Positions 1-9,789 of a stretch of 64,000 nucleotides of DNA are shown piece after piece. The translations under genes and the position numbers were made by a program. The DNA comes from an uncultured Verrucomicrobiae bacterium (GTDB taxonomy: Bacteria > Verrucomicrobiota > Verrucomicrobiia > Chthoniobacterales > JAFAMB01). The stretch's first letter is position 1. The number at the start of each line of letters is the position of its first letter. The stretch spans positions 416,001 through 480,000 of the forward strand of contig CAWEXO010000011.1 of the NCBI GenBank assembly GCA_963813025.1, written 5' to 3'. Under the pieces are notes generated by a model. It saw nothing but the letters and a program-made list of their open reading frames with translations, had not been told where the DNA came from and made no database searches.

Positions 1-15
1 TGGAACCAAATCCTG

Positions 16-1059
16 ATGCCAGCAAAATCCGTCCGAGCCATCGAGCGCAGATCGCGATTCGTGGCGCTCGGCACCGGCCTCTATCGCTGCTGGCTCCCGT
101 TCATCATTGTCTGTATTTGCTTACTGGCCTCCGCCGGACCGCGTGTGGCCGGCCAGTCCAGTGACGAAGAAAAGCGGTTGCGCGATCTCTTCCTGAAAAG
201 CCGCCAGGAAATGCAAGTGCTCCCGAGCCCGTCCGCCAGCCCCAGCCCCAAGCCTACGCCTGCCCCTTCGCCCAAGCGCAGCATTACTCCGGCAGTTCCT
301 GCGAAAAGAACACCGGAAGAAGAAACCAGCCCTACTCCCGAGGCCACACCGGCACAACGGGCCACCTCCGCGGTGAAGACACCGCCTCCTGCCCCCTCCC
401 CGGCGCAACCCCCCCCTCCGTCCACGGCGACGCCCGCCAAGAAACGTGGGTGGTGGATTTTTGGACATCAGAACAAACCGATAGTCATCCAGAAGTCCGG
501 CGCCGAGCAAGAGAGTGAGCAGGTGCCGGTTGACCATCCGACAGGGGACGGGGGCTGGCATTATTTAACCCCAGCAGTGCGCAAGGCGATCGACGACGCC
601 CGAGTAGGCCGCAACCGGTGGAAATATATCATTGTTCACAATAGCGGGACCCGACAGGGCAACGCGCGAATCTTCGACTATTATCACCGTCACGTCCGCC
701 ATATGCCGAACGGTCTCGCATATCATTTTGTGATCGGCAATGGTGGCTCCTCCGGCGACGGTCAGATCGAGATCGGCAATCGCTGGGTTTACCAGATTGC
801 CGGGGGTCATGTGCATAGCGACTACCTCAACTACATCTCGATTGGCATCTGTCTGGTTGGTGATTTCAATCGCGACCTGCCCACCCGCGCGCAATATGAA
901 GCTCTTGACGAGCTGATCCGTTATCTGCGGCAGCGGGTCGGTAAGATCGACGGACGTTACTCCACCATCCGGGGTCACAAGGAAATCAACCCGGTGCCGA
1001 CCGACTGTCCGGGAAACCGTTTCCCGCTTAATTGGCTTCATCATACCTTTCCGGACTAG
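16..1059 (+). CDS. N-acetylmuramoyl-L-alanine amidase (Amidase_2/PGRP-like) with N-terminal membrane anchor and Pro-rich linker
   Basis: C-terminal IIVHNS, YHFVIG, SIGICLVG and GHKE..TDCPG Zn-amidase motifs; hydrophobic N-terminus; PSASPSPKPTP linker. Confidence 0.85.
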   Translation: MPAKSVRAIERRSRFVALGTGLYRCWLPFIIVCICLLASAGPRVAGQSSDEEKRLRDLFLKSRQEMQVLPSPSASPSPKPTPAPSPKRSITPAVPAKRTPEEETSPTPEATPAQRATSAVKTPPPAPSPAQPPPPSTATPAKKRGWWIFGHQNKPIVIQKSGAEQESEQVPVDHPTGDGGWHYLTPAVRKAIDDARVGRNRWKYIIVHNSGTRQGNARIFDYYHRHVRHMPNGLAYHFVIGNGGSSGDGQIEIGNRWVYQIAGGHVHSDYLNYISIGICLVGDFNRDLPTRAQYEALDELIRYLRQRVGKIDGRYSTIRGHKEINPVPTDCPGNRFPLNWLHHTFPD

Positions 1060-1220
1060 CCCAGCTAGTGCACCGTGGCGAAGCTCTGCTTCGGACTCGC
1101 ATCAAACGCTTCATCAGCGGCTGGGTCACCCTCCGTGTGCTCCGTGACCTCCGTGCGCGACTCGATCGATAACAATGCTGGATAGTTTGACGTTCGCCGC
1201 TCTTCGTTGAGTTTGAGCGC

Positions 1221-2120
1221 ATGCACATCGGTGTGACCGGAGCATCTGGATTTATTGGACGCGAGATTATCATCCAGGCCAACAGTGCCCGAGATCAGGT
1301 CATTGCTTTCTCACGCACTCCGGACCGCAAAGTACCCGGAACGCTCGAAACACGACCCTGTCTCGATCCTGACCTGAGCGACCTCGAGGTCGTGATTCAG
1401 CTGGCGGGCGAATCTATCCTGGGACTTTGGACGGCCCGAAAAAAAATACGGATCATGCAGAGCCGGGTTCACGCCATCCGGGCGATCGTTGAGTCCATCA
1501 AAAAAAGCAAGACGCGTCCGCGCGCTCTCATAGTCGCTTCGGGTGCGAGCATCTATGGCGATCGCGGCGATGAACACCTGCCCGAATCAGCCCGCGTCGG
1601 CGATCATGGCTTTCTGCGAGACGTCGCCCTCGCCTTGGAACGCGAAGCCGCGATTGCCGCGGCTCTCGGAGTCCGCATAGTAAATTTGCGAATCGCGATG
1701 GTTCTCGGGCCCCGGGGCGGGGCTGTCGGAGCGATGCGTCCTCTCTTTCGTCTCGGTCTCGGTGGACAGCTTGGCTCAGGCAAACAGTGGATGTCATGGA
1801 TCCATGTCTCCGATGTCGCAGGCCTCTTCCTGGAGGCAGCGCGAAATCCGCAGTGGTCCGGGCCAATCAACGGATCCGCGCCAAACCCGGTACAAAATCA
1901 TGAATTCACCCACACCTTCGCTTCGCTGGTCCACAAACCTGCCCTCATCCCTGTCCCGACCCTCTTGCTGAAACCGCTGCTCCGGGAGGAGTCGAGCTTG
2001 TTGCTGGATAGTCAACGTGTTATTCCTGAGAAAGCTCTGCAGGCCGGCTTTGTATTCCGCTATCCCTTTGTACGGGAAGCACTGGAGAACGCGCTCGAAT
2101 TGAGCGACGACGACCGGTAG
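1221..2120 (+). CDS. TIGR01777-family NAD-dependent epimerase/oxidoreductase (YfcH-like)
   Basis: GVTGASGFIG Rossmann motif, LGSGKQWMSWIH, SQRVIP..AGFVFRYP C-terminus. Confidence 0.9.
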   Translation: MHIGVTGASGFIGREIIIQANSARDQVIAFSRTPDRKVPGTLETRPCLDPDLSDLEVVIQLAGESILGLWTARKKIRIMQSRVHAIRAIVESIKKSKTRPRALIVASGASIYGDRGDEHLPESARVGDHGFLRDVALALEREAAIAAALGVRIVNLRIAMVLGPRGGAVGAMRPLFRLGLGGQLGSGKQWMSWIHVSDVAGLFLEAARNPQWSGPINGSAPNPVQNHEFTHTFASLVHKPALIPVPTLLLKPLLREESSLLLDSQRVIPEKALQAGFVFRYPFVREALENALELSDDDR

Positions 2121-2366
2121 GGATGAGCTTCTGCTCGTCCAATCGAGACCTGATCCAACACCAAGGAGGTCAAGCCGGAGCTTGCCCTTGCTGATCTTGG
2201 GCTGGTGCGAGACATTCCCTTCATTTGAGCCTTCGACTGACACGCCGGCCCGCTCCGGCGCTGTCCGCCGAAGCTTTAGCGAAGGAGGGAGGAGCAAAAA
2301 GAAAACAGGCCGCTCGATCAGGCCACGGAGGACCGCGGAAGCTGCTGGACACCCTCGTGCCCCAAC

Positions 2367-3146
2367 CTATGCCGCGCGTTTCTTCGTTTTCTTCAGGCTT
2401 TCCTGCAAAGCCGCCATTAGGTCCACTACTTTGCCCTGTGCCGGTTTTTTTGGTGCTGCCTTTACCTTCTGACCCTTGGATTTAGCTTCGATCAGCTTCT
2501 TCAGATCCTCAGAGTAAGTGTCTTTGTACTGCTCGGGTTTGAAATCCTCAGACAGCTCTTCGATCAGTCGTTCGGCCAGAGCGATTTCTTTGGGGCTGAC
2601 TGCCTGCTCTTTGGGTACGACCAGATCCGTCGTGGCGCGTATCTCGCCGGCGAATCGCAGAGAATTGAGGACCAGCACGCCGTTGTGCGTCTTTAGGGCG
2701 GACAAGTGTTCCTTGTCGCGCAAAACAAATTGACAGATGCCTACCTTGCCGCTCTTGGATAGCGCTTCGCGCAAAAGCGCATAAGGTTTTACTGCCGACT
2801 TTTCCGGTTCCAGATAATAGGGCCGATCAAAATAGAGACTCTCAATCTGGCCTTCGGGTACGAAGGCCTGGATGTCGAGCGTGGCCGATTTGTCAGGACT
2901 AGCCTGCTCAAGTTCCTCATCACTAATGGTGACATACCGATCGCCCTCCAAAGGAAAGCCTCGAACGATCTGATCAAACTGCACTTCCTCCCCGGTGGAC
3001 TCGGCCACCCGCTTGTAACGAATGCGGGAGAGGTCTTTTTTATACAGGAGATGAAATCCGGGCCGCTCATTCTCCACTGCCGAGTAGAGGCGCACAGGAA
3101 TGTTCACCAGTCCGAAACTAATCGCGCCTTTCCAGATTGCCTTCAT
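2367..3146 (-). CDS. ku: Ku protein (non-homologous end joining)
   Basis: MKAIWKGAISFGLVNIPVRLYSA start, YFDRPYYLEP, VVDLMAALQESL and basic tail. Confidence 0.95.
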   Translation of the reverse strand: MKAIWKGAISFGLVNIPVRLYSAVENERPGFHLLYKKDLSRIRYKRVAESTGEEVQFDQIVRGFPLEGDRYVTISDEELEQASPDKSATLDIQAFVPEGQIESLYFDRPYYLEPEKSAVKPYALLREALSKSGKVGICQFVLRDKEHLSALKTHNGVLVLNSLRFAGEIRATTDLVVPKEQAVSPKEIALAERLIEELSEDFKPEQYKDTYSEDLKKLIEAKSKGQKVKAAPKKPAQGKVVDLMAALQESLKKTKKRAA

Positions 3147-3148
3147 CG

Positions 3149-3745
3149 CTACAGCTCCGTCGGACTCCGCCTTTGTCGATCCCATACCCGGCGCAAGTCA
3201 GGATTAATCGATGCAAAAGTGTCTGCCTCATCATCGACGCGAGGAACATTTTCCTCCCTCTCGACCGCTCCCGCCGCCAGTTTCTGAATGGAGGCCGGCG
3301 CCGCTATGCGTCGCAAAGTTCGTTGAGGCGCATCGGCTGGTTTGCTTCCAATCTCCCCTTCGGCCTTGGACACAGATCGTTGCGGTGAGACCTCCAGCGG
3401 TTTTGTCGAATCCCCCTCTTCTACTCCGAAATGCTCGCTGAGCCGCTGCTCGAGTGCCCTATCCAATTCCCCGTCCGGACGAATACTCGGAGCTGATTGA
3501 ATCAAGCTGAAGGGAAAGCTTAGCCGCACGATCCTGCTATAATCGTCAAATCTGCTGTTTCCCACCGGAACAAGCTGGACTTCTGACGACTCAGGGCTGG
3601 CTGCTATCTCCATGTATCTCACTCTGGAATCCGCTATATCCGACCAGACAGCCGCCAATACCCCGATTGGCGCCTCGTCCTGATCTTCAACGTCCGCGCC
3701 CAGCAAGGATTCGAACTCGGCAGTCATGGAGGCGATCTTCTTCAT
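3149..3745 (-). CDS. PRC-barrel-like domain protein
   Basis: LLGADVEDQDEAPIG...VPVG...IQSAPSI pattern resembles PRC-barrel stress proteins; ends 2 nt before the Ku start. Confidence 0.55.
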   Translation of the reverse strand: MKKIASMTAEFESLLGADVEDQDEAPIGVLAAVWSDIADSRVRYMEIAASPESSEVQLVPVGNSRFDDYSRIVRLSFPFSLIQSAPSIRPDGELDRALEQRLSEHFGVEEGDSTKPLEVSPQRSVSKAEGEIGSKPADAPQRTLRRIAAPASIQKLAAGAVEREENVPRVDDEADTFASINPDLRRVWDRQRRSPTEL

Positions 3746-3849
3746 AAAATTGTCTCTTCAAAAGCATTGATCCGGTTTTGGCAGGGCTTGGCCGACAATG
3801 GCCGCCCATTAAACCGAACCCGACTTGTTCGCACCGAGAAGACAAAAGA

Positions 3850-4476
3850 TCAACCCACGGGAATCTCCGGACCCATCTGGACACGTACTGCATCTTTCGC
3901 CTGTCGATTGAACAGTGCGGCTTGGTAAAGCACGGATTTTCGACCGCTGCCCTCGGTTATCGTGAAGCGAAAAATGCGCAGCGTTGGATGATAATCAAAA
4001 AGCCAGGGCGCATCTGCGGGAGTTGCCCGGGTTAATTCGGAATGCTTCGTCCATTGGACCCCGTCAATCACCGGACGCCGGTCATCCACCAGCAGCACCG
4101 GCGCGTTGTCGCTCACGTCTTCCACCTGAATCCGCCGAAGAGTGCTTGGCTGTTTCGTTCGAAAGGTAAACTGCCAGCGCAGGAAATTTCGCCCGGATTG
4201 CCGATAAGGATTTAACCCGGATTCGGTAATGGCGAATCGGTCGTTTTCGCCACCGACAAAGCTCGTTCCCACTTTCTGGAACGTGATCGTCTGGCCTCCG
4301 GCGATCGGCACCGAAACCGTCCGAACCGGGTGTGTGCAACCAAACATCAACCCCATAAGCAGACCGGCTCCAACGCTCCGTACGGTCAGCCTTGTCAATC
4401 GAAAGCCCCCGCGTCGCACTCGAAGGCAACTTACCTGTCGTTGTTTGCGGATCACCGAGCCACCAATTACTCCCAC
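3850..4476 (-). CDS. Hypothetical lipoprotein (start uncertain)
   Basis: Hydrophobic stretch ending LMFGC (lipobox-like); clean ORF filling the gap. Confidence 0.55.
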   Translation of the reverse strand: MGVIGGSVIRKQRQVSCLRVRRGGFRLTRLTVRSVGAGLLMGLMFGCTHPVRTVSVPIAGGQTITFQKVGTSFVGGENDRFAITESGLNPYRQSGRNFLRWQFTFRTKQPSTLRRIQVEDVSDNAPVLLVDDRRPVIDGVQWTKHSELTRATPADAPWLFDYHPTLRIFRFTITEGSGRKSVLYQAALFNRQAKDAVRVQMGPEIPVG

Positions 4477-4618
4477 TCAACAAGATCTCTCCAGCAAAAA
4501 ACGTATATGTCGCTTTGTCACGGCCCGGCAAGGTAGGTGCCGAGTCCCGGGTCCCGAGTATGACGCGCCTCGGGACTCGGAACCCGGGCTCGGAACGCGC
4601 GACTGAAGCGTGGCCTCG

Positions 4619-5560
4619 CTACTTCATCCGATCAAATGTTTGCTGCAGAAGCTCCAGATCGCTTGCTTCGCCGTGTTTAGACCGGGCTCTCTCGATCCAT
4701 TTTTGTTCAAGCGCGTTCTTCGTCGGACGATCCACTTCATAGAAAACACCAAATAGCCCAGGAAACGGAAGATCGGCCAGTTTATACGCCGCGACTTCAT
4801 CCGTTACATCGTGGCGCGCCTCGTCTTCCGGAGTATCATCCCACTTTTTTTCGTCGATCAGGCTGAACACCCCACCCTTGCGTGGATTACCCGCATCAAA
4901 TGCGCCTGGATAAAACTCCACGCACTCGGATAGACACTCGATGACCGAAAATCCGTCGTGATCCATGGCACGCTCGATCATCTGGATCATATGGTTTACC
5001 TGGGTGGCATGCGTTCTGGCGACAAAAGTCGCGCCTGCGGCAATCAACTTTTTGATTGGATTCACTGGCTGATCAATCGCTCCAGTCGGATCCGTTTTGG
5101 AACGATACCCGATCGGCGAAGTCGGCGATGTTTGCTTTTTAGTCAGCCCATAAACGAAATTATCCATGATGACGTACGTCAGCCGCGGGTTTTTGCGAGC
5201 GCCATGCTCCAGATGGTTCCCGCCGATGGAGAAACCATCGCCATCACCTCCGAAAAGAAAGACGTGAAGATCAGGCCGGGCCAGGCTGATCGCCGTCGCC
5301 AAAGGTACCGCCCGGCCATGAATGTAATGGGCGCCGTACCCGTTGACAAAGTAGGGAAATCGTGATGAACAACCGATTCCAGCCAAGGTCACAATGTTCT
5401 CCTGCGGCAATTGCCTTTTTTCCAGCACCTTGTAGTACGCGGCCAGGACCGCGAAATCGCCACACCCCGGACACCAGGTCGGGTGATCTGCCGTGATTGC
5501 CTTCTTCGTGAGCTTTTCTCGAGAGGCAACCGGTTCCGGTGCTAACTCTAGTGGATTCAT
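4619..5560 (-). CDS. korB: 2-oxoacid:ferredoxin oxidoreductase beta subunit (TPP-binding)
   Basis: WCPGCGDF, GIGCS, IHGR, GDGDG..SIGGNH, YGLTKKQTSPT motifs. Confidence 0.92.
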   Translation of the reverse strand: MNPLELAPEPVASREKLTKKAITADHPTWCPGCGDFAVLAAYYKVLEKRQLPQENIVTLAGIGCSSRFPYFVNGYGAHYIHGRAVPLATAISLARPDLHVFLFGGDGDGFSIGGNHLEHGARKNPRLTYVIMDNFVYGLTKKQTSPTSPIGYRSKTDPTGAIDQPVNPIKKLIAAGATFVARTHATQVNHMIQMIERAMDHDGFSVIECLSECVEFYPGAFDAGNPRKGGVFSLIDEKKWDDTPEDEARHDVTDEVAAYKLADLPFPGLFGVFYEVDRPTKNALEQKWIERARSKHGEASDLELLQQTFDRMK

Positions 5561-7422
5561 TTTAACACTCCTTCAAGGATCTCTTTCACGCGGAACGTCA
5601 GCCCATCGGTCTTTGTGAAACTTGTAATCCGCGGGTCGCAATACCGCGCTCGCAGGATCGTCGCAAGCTGTCCATAACCGTAGAGACTGCCATCGTTCAT
5701 TTCCACAACGACGATCCGTGAAAAACGTCGAAAAATCGTCTCGAGCCCATTCGGCAATGGATTCAGGTGGCGCAGGTGCAGTGCCGAGATCCGGATTCCG
5801 CCGTCACGCGCGCGGTTGACCGCCTCAAGAATTGGACCGTAAGTCGAGCCCCATCCAACCAAGAGCAAATCGCCGCTCTCTTCGCCGTGGATGGCTGGAA
5901 CCGGAATTTCGTTCGCCAGCCTTTGCAGTTTCGCCCGCCTTTTTGCTGTCATCCCGGCATGGAGTCGGGGATGCGCGGTCGGATGGCCCATCTCGTCGTG
6001 CTCAAGCCCGGTGACAACCGGATATTTGCCGTCCAGCATACGCGTCCCGGGCGCGGCATGTCGCGTAATGCGGTCCAGCGCGTAAGGCTTAAATCCGGGT
6101 TCTCGCGGCGTTAGATCCGGCTTTGGGTTCTGCAGCAACGACTTCAGATCCGGTTCATTAAATGCTTCGATCCGGGTAGCCAGCGAGCTATCGCTGAGCA
6201 GAATGACAGGCGTGCTGTATTGGCGAGCGATTCGCGCGGCCTCCAGAGCCATGTAGAAACAGTCTTCGACTGTGGCGGCGGCGAGGACCACCCGTGGACT
6301 ATCTCCGTGCCCCCCATAAACCGCCTGAAAAAGATCGCTCTGTTCGACATTGGTCGGCAACCCAGTGCTCGGGCCGCCCCTCTGAACGTTAATCACGATG
6401 AGCGGCATCTCGGCCATCGACGCCCAACCGATCGCTTCCGATTTCAGCGAAATGCCGGGACCAGCACTCCCGGTGACCGCGAGAAACCCGGAAAAAGAAA
6501 ATCCCAAGGCCAACGAAACCGCGGCGAGTTCATCCTCAGCCTGCACAAAAATGCCTCCATACTTCGGAAATTCCGACCGCAAAGTTTCCATGATCGATGA
6601 CCACGGAGTAATTGGATAACCGGCTCCGAAGCGAACCCCGGCGGCGATCAGCCCGTAGGCCAGCGCCTGGTTGCCGTCCATAGTCACCTGGGCGCGGGCG
6701 CTCGGGTTCGGATTCGGCTCAAATTCGTAACGCCGGGACAGAAGGTTTCCGACCGGGTAAGCGTATCCCGCCTGGAAAGCGATGAGCGCAGTATTGACCA
6801 CGCTTTCGTCTTTACCGCGGAAACGTTCCACGATCAGCGCCTTGAGTTTCTCGATGTTCAGACGAAAGACGCTCGCCAACAAACCCAGAACGAAAATGTT
6901 TTTCCCTTTGTCCTTGGCCGTGCCGCCAAGCGCCTCGATCGTCAGACCGGTAATTGGCACCCCGACATTGACAAAGCGCTTATCCTCGAGGTTTGGCTGC
7001 ACATTATCGGAATCATAGAGCAGGATCCCTCCTTCGCGGAGAAAACCGATATGCTCGTCATAGCTGTGCTGGTAAAACGCGACCAGAAAATCTGCCTCAT
7101 CACCGGCCGAGAGCACTTCTCCAGTTCCGATGCGCACCTGGAAAATGGAAGGTCCACCGGAGATGGTCGACGGGATGGTCATGTAGGTGATGACCTCTTG
7201 CGCGCTACGCCCGGCCAGCCGCGCCAGAAACGCGCCCGCGGTCTGGATACCATCCTGAGAATTGCCGGCCAGCCGAATGACCGCATCGCGGATATGCTCT
7301 GGTCGCAGATCGGCGCGCCCGCTGCCGGCAACGAGGGGGTTTGCCGCTTCAGATGAAACAGGTGGAGAACTCACGGATAAAGTCTCACCCAAACCGTTAC
7401 GGAATCTTGACTGATTTGTCAA
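5557..7422 (-). CDS. korA: 2-oxoacid:ferredoxin oxidoreductase alpha subunit (gamma-alpha fusion)
   Basis: GYPITP, QAEDE, QRGGPSTGLPT, GWGSTYG, VVEMN motifs; overlaps the beta subunit start; own start uncertain. Confidence 0.92.
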   Translation of the reverse strand: MTNQSRFRNGLGETLSVSSPPVSSEAANPLVAGSGRADLRPEHIRDAVIRLAGNSQDGIQTAGAFLARLAGRSAQEVITYMTIPSTISGGPSIFQVRIGTGEVLSAGDEADFLVAFYQHSYDEHIGFLREGGILLYDSDNVQPNLEDKRFVNVGVPITGLTIEALGGTAKDKGKNIFVLGLLASVFRLNIEKLKALIVERFRGKDESVVNTALIAFQAGYAYPVGNLLSRRYEFEPNPNPSARAQVTMDGNQALAYGLIAAGVRFGAGYPITPWSSIMETLRSEFPKYGGIFVQAEDELAAVSLALGFSFSGFLAVTGSAGPGISLKSEAIGWASMAEMPLIVINVQRGGPSTGLPTNVEQSDLFQAVYGGHGDSPRVVLAAATVEDCFYMALEAARIARQYSTPVILLSDSSLATRIEAFNEPDLKSLLQNPKPDLTPREPGFKPYALDRITRHAAPGTRMLDGKYPVVTGLEHDEMGHPTAHPRLHAGMTAKRRAKLQRLANEIPVPAIHGEESGDLLLVGWGSTYGPILEAVNRARDGGIRISALHLRHLNPLPNGLETIFRRFSRIVVVEMNDGSLYGYGQLATILRARYCDPRITSFTKTDGLTFRVKEILEGVLK

Positions 7423-7515
7423 CGAGGAGGCGCGTCACATCGCGCGGACGGCCGCGGGTCTGTCGGACCTTGGTCTCTTGTTCTATTCCGCTTTCTCCGC
7501 CTGCTGCATCGCTGT

Positions 7516-7923
7516 TCAGCCGCCCTGGGCTTTGCCATGTTCAGCCTCACCAATTTGTTTGTAATCGTAGGTTGGATAGAACTCTGTCCGATATGCGCCC
7601 CAAGCCGTCTCCTCGAGCGCGCGGTTAACATCCCTCAACCGGTTAGGCGGTACGCGTAACGTGATGACTTGGCCGACTCCCATCATTATATACCAGGAAA
7701 CCACCTCGATCCCGGCCGGCGGGAACGCTTTGTAGTAACCTTGACGTTTGAGTTGGTCGTTGATCTCCGGCAGAGTTTTCGATTGATCATGCTTTAAAAA
7801 AACGGTGAGAAGAATCGCCCCCGATCCGGCGCCGTCAGTTGGCGGCGTCGAGGGTTCCTGAGCGTTGATAGATCCAATTGCCAGAAAACAACATGCCAGT
7901 GCCGCAACGCGCATGATTCTCAT
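7516..7923 (-). CDS. Conserved hypothetical secreted protein
   Basis: Signal peptide (VAALACCFLAIGSINAQ) followed by a compact ~95-aa domain; ATG at 7923 preferred over the track start. Confidence 0.6.
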   Translation of the reverse strand: MRIMRVAALACCFLAIGSINAQEPSTPPTDGAGSGAILLTVFLKHDQSKTLPEINDQLKRQGYYKAFPPAGIEVVSWYIMMGVGQVITLRVPPNRLRDVNRALEETAWGAYRTEFYPTYDYKQIGEAEHGKAQGG

Positions 7924-8099
7924 AGTACTCCAGCAATCGGCCGTGTGCTGATCTTGTCTAATTTTTGAATGTTTCACGTTCCTGGTTCGCTTTTCGCGTC
8001 TTGCGGGATTCTTTTCTGGATCGATCGGCGCTCTTGACAGCGCTGAGCGGCTTATCATCGGAATGACCGGCGCGGCGGTGGCAACTCGGGACTCCCTCC

Positions 8100-9470
8100 T
8101 CACGCGTCGTGCACCGCCTGGGTCAACAGCGTCAACGAGTTCTTTGCATCACCGTATAACATTCGGCAATTCGGTTTGTAGAAGAGCGGGTTCAGCAGCC
8201 CGGAAAACCCTTTGCCCTGGCCACGCTTGAGCACCACGACCAATTTCGCCCGGTCAACTTCCAGAATCGGCATTCCGGCAATAACGCTCTTTGGATTGTC
8301 GCGCGCATCCGGATTCACCACGTCATTTGCTCCCACCACAACCGCGACATCCGTGGTGGGGAATTCGGGGTTGATATGGTCCAATTCATAAAGCTGAGAA
8401 TAGGGCACGTTTGCTTCGGCCAGGAGAACGTTCATGTGTCCGGGCATCCGACCCGCCACCGGATGAATTGCATACTTGACCGTAACGCCGCGCGCCTCGA
8501 GCGCGTCGGCCAGCTCGCGCAGAACATGCTGCGCTTGCGCCGTTGCCATGCCATAGCCTGGAACGAAGATCGCCTGCCGCGCATAAGCCAATTGGACTGC
8601 CGCATCTTCCAGGTTTACCTCACTCATTTCTCCGGCCGTGTTCGCGACGGCTTCCGAGACCTTGCCGAATGCGCCGAATAACACGTTCGTGATGGATCGA
8701 TTCATGGCTTTGCACATCACCATGGAAAGAATGAAACCCGAACCGCCATCGAGGGTCCCCGCAATGATCAGCACGTTATTGTTGATCACTATTCCCGTCG
8801 CCGCTGAAGCCAGACCCGCGTACGAATTCAGCAAAGCGATCACTACCGGCATATCGGCAGCTCCGATCGGCAATACGAGCAGCACGCCGAAAACGAACGA
8901 CAGGAGAAGCATCAAACAAAAAATGGGCGCGGCTTCCGGGCGAACTTGCAAAACCAGAAAACAAATTACTGTGACGCTGAAAAGTACAATGTTCAGGACA
9001 TTCTGTTTCCGGTAGGTAATCGGCCGGCCCGGCACGAGCCCTTGAAGCTTGGCAAAAGCAAGCAGACTTCCGGTGGTTGTGAGCGAACCGAGCAGCACTT
9101 CAAACCCGAGTGCTCCAATTTTGAAGCCGCCGAGCTGCCCGCCGCGCAGATAATATTCGGAGATACCAACCAGAGCGGCAGCAAACGCTCCGAAAGCGTG
9201 CGATAGAGCCGTCCGCTGCGGCATGGCGGTCATCGGAACCCATACGCCCATCGCCAGGCCGATAGTCGAACCGATCAACAATCCGGCAATGATCCATTCG
9301 AATTGGACAATCTCCCGGCTGATTAACGTTCCAACAATCGCCAGCAGCATCCCGATCTCGGCCAGGCGCATCCCGCGGCGAGCGGTCTCGGGCCCGCTCA
9401 TGCCCCGCAAACCCAGAATGAAGAGCACCGACGCGACTAGGTAAGTGAGCTCAGTGAAAACTACGCGCAT
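8100..9470 (-). CDS. pntB: NAD(P) transhydrogenase beta subunit
   Basis: GAADMPVVIALLNSYAG, VPGYGMA, HPVAGRMPGHMNVLLAEA, GANDVVNP. Confidence 0.97.
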   Translation of the reverse strand: MRVVFTELTYLVASVLFILGLRGMSGPETARRGMRLAEIGMLLAIVGTLISREIVQFEWIIAGLLIGSTIGLAMGVWVPMTAMPQRTALSHAFGAFAAALVGISEYYLRGGQLGGFKIGALGFEVLLGSLTTTGSLLAFAKLQGLVPGRPITYRKQNVLNIVLFSVTVICFLVLQVRPEAAPIFCLMLLLSFVFGVLLVLPIGAADMPVVIALLNSYAGLASAATGIVINNNVLIIAGTLDGGSGFILSMVMCKAMNRSITNVLFGAFGKVSEAVANTAGEMSEVNLEDAAVQLAYARQAIFVPGYGMATAQAQHVLRELADALEARGVTVKYAIHPVAGRMPGHMNVLLAEANVPYSQLYELDHINPEFPTTDVAVVVGANDVVNPDARDNPKSVIAGMPILEVDRAKLVVVLKRGQGKGFSGLLNPLFYKPNCRMLYGDAKNSLTLLTQAVHDA

Positions 9471-9483
9471 GGCAGCGGCTCGG

Positions 9484-9789
9484 CTACTTTTTCTCCTCGG
9501 GCGCGCGCCGACGTTTAAACATCTTGAGCATGCGTTCGGTAATCACGAAACCACCTACGACATTGGTCGTAGAACACACCACCGCGATGAAACCCAGGAC
9601 CGTGGAAAAAGTCGAAAGATGAGCTCCAGCCGTCACCAGTGAACCGACCAGCGAGATACCCGAAATCGCGTTGGTCGCCGACATCAGTGGCGTGTGCAGG
9701 AGTGGTGGAACCCGCGATATAACCTGGTACCCGAGAAATGCGGCCAGCAGGAAAATGTAGATGATCGGGAGCAGCGATTCAAAACTCAT
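9484..9789 (-). CDS. pntA: NAD(P) transhydrogenase alpha subunit part 2 (membrane)
   Basis: PPLLHTPLMSATNAISG, NVVGGF..TERMLKMF. Confidence 0.95.
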   Translation of the reverse strand: MSFESLLPIIYIFLLAAFLGYQVISRVPPLLHTPLMSATNAISGISLVGSLVTAGAHLSTFSTVLGFIAVVCSTTNVVGGFVITERMLKMFKRRRAPEEKK

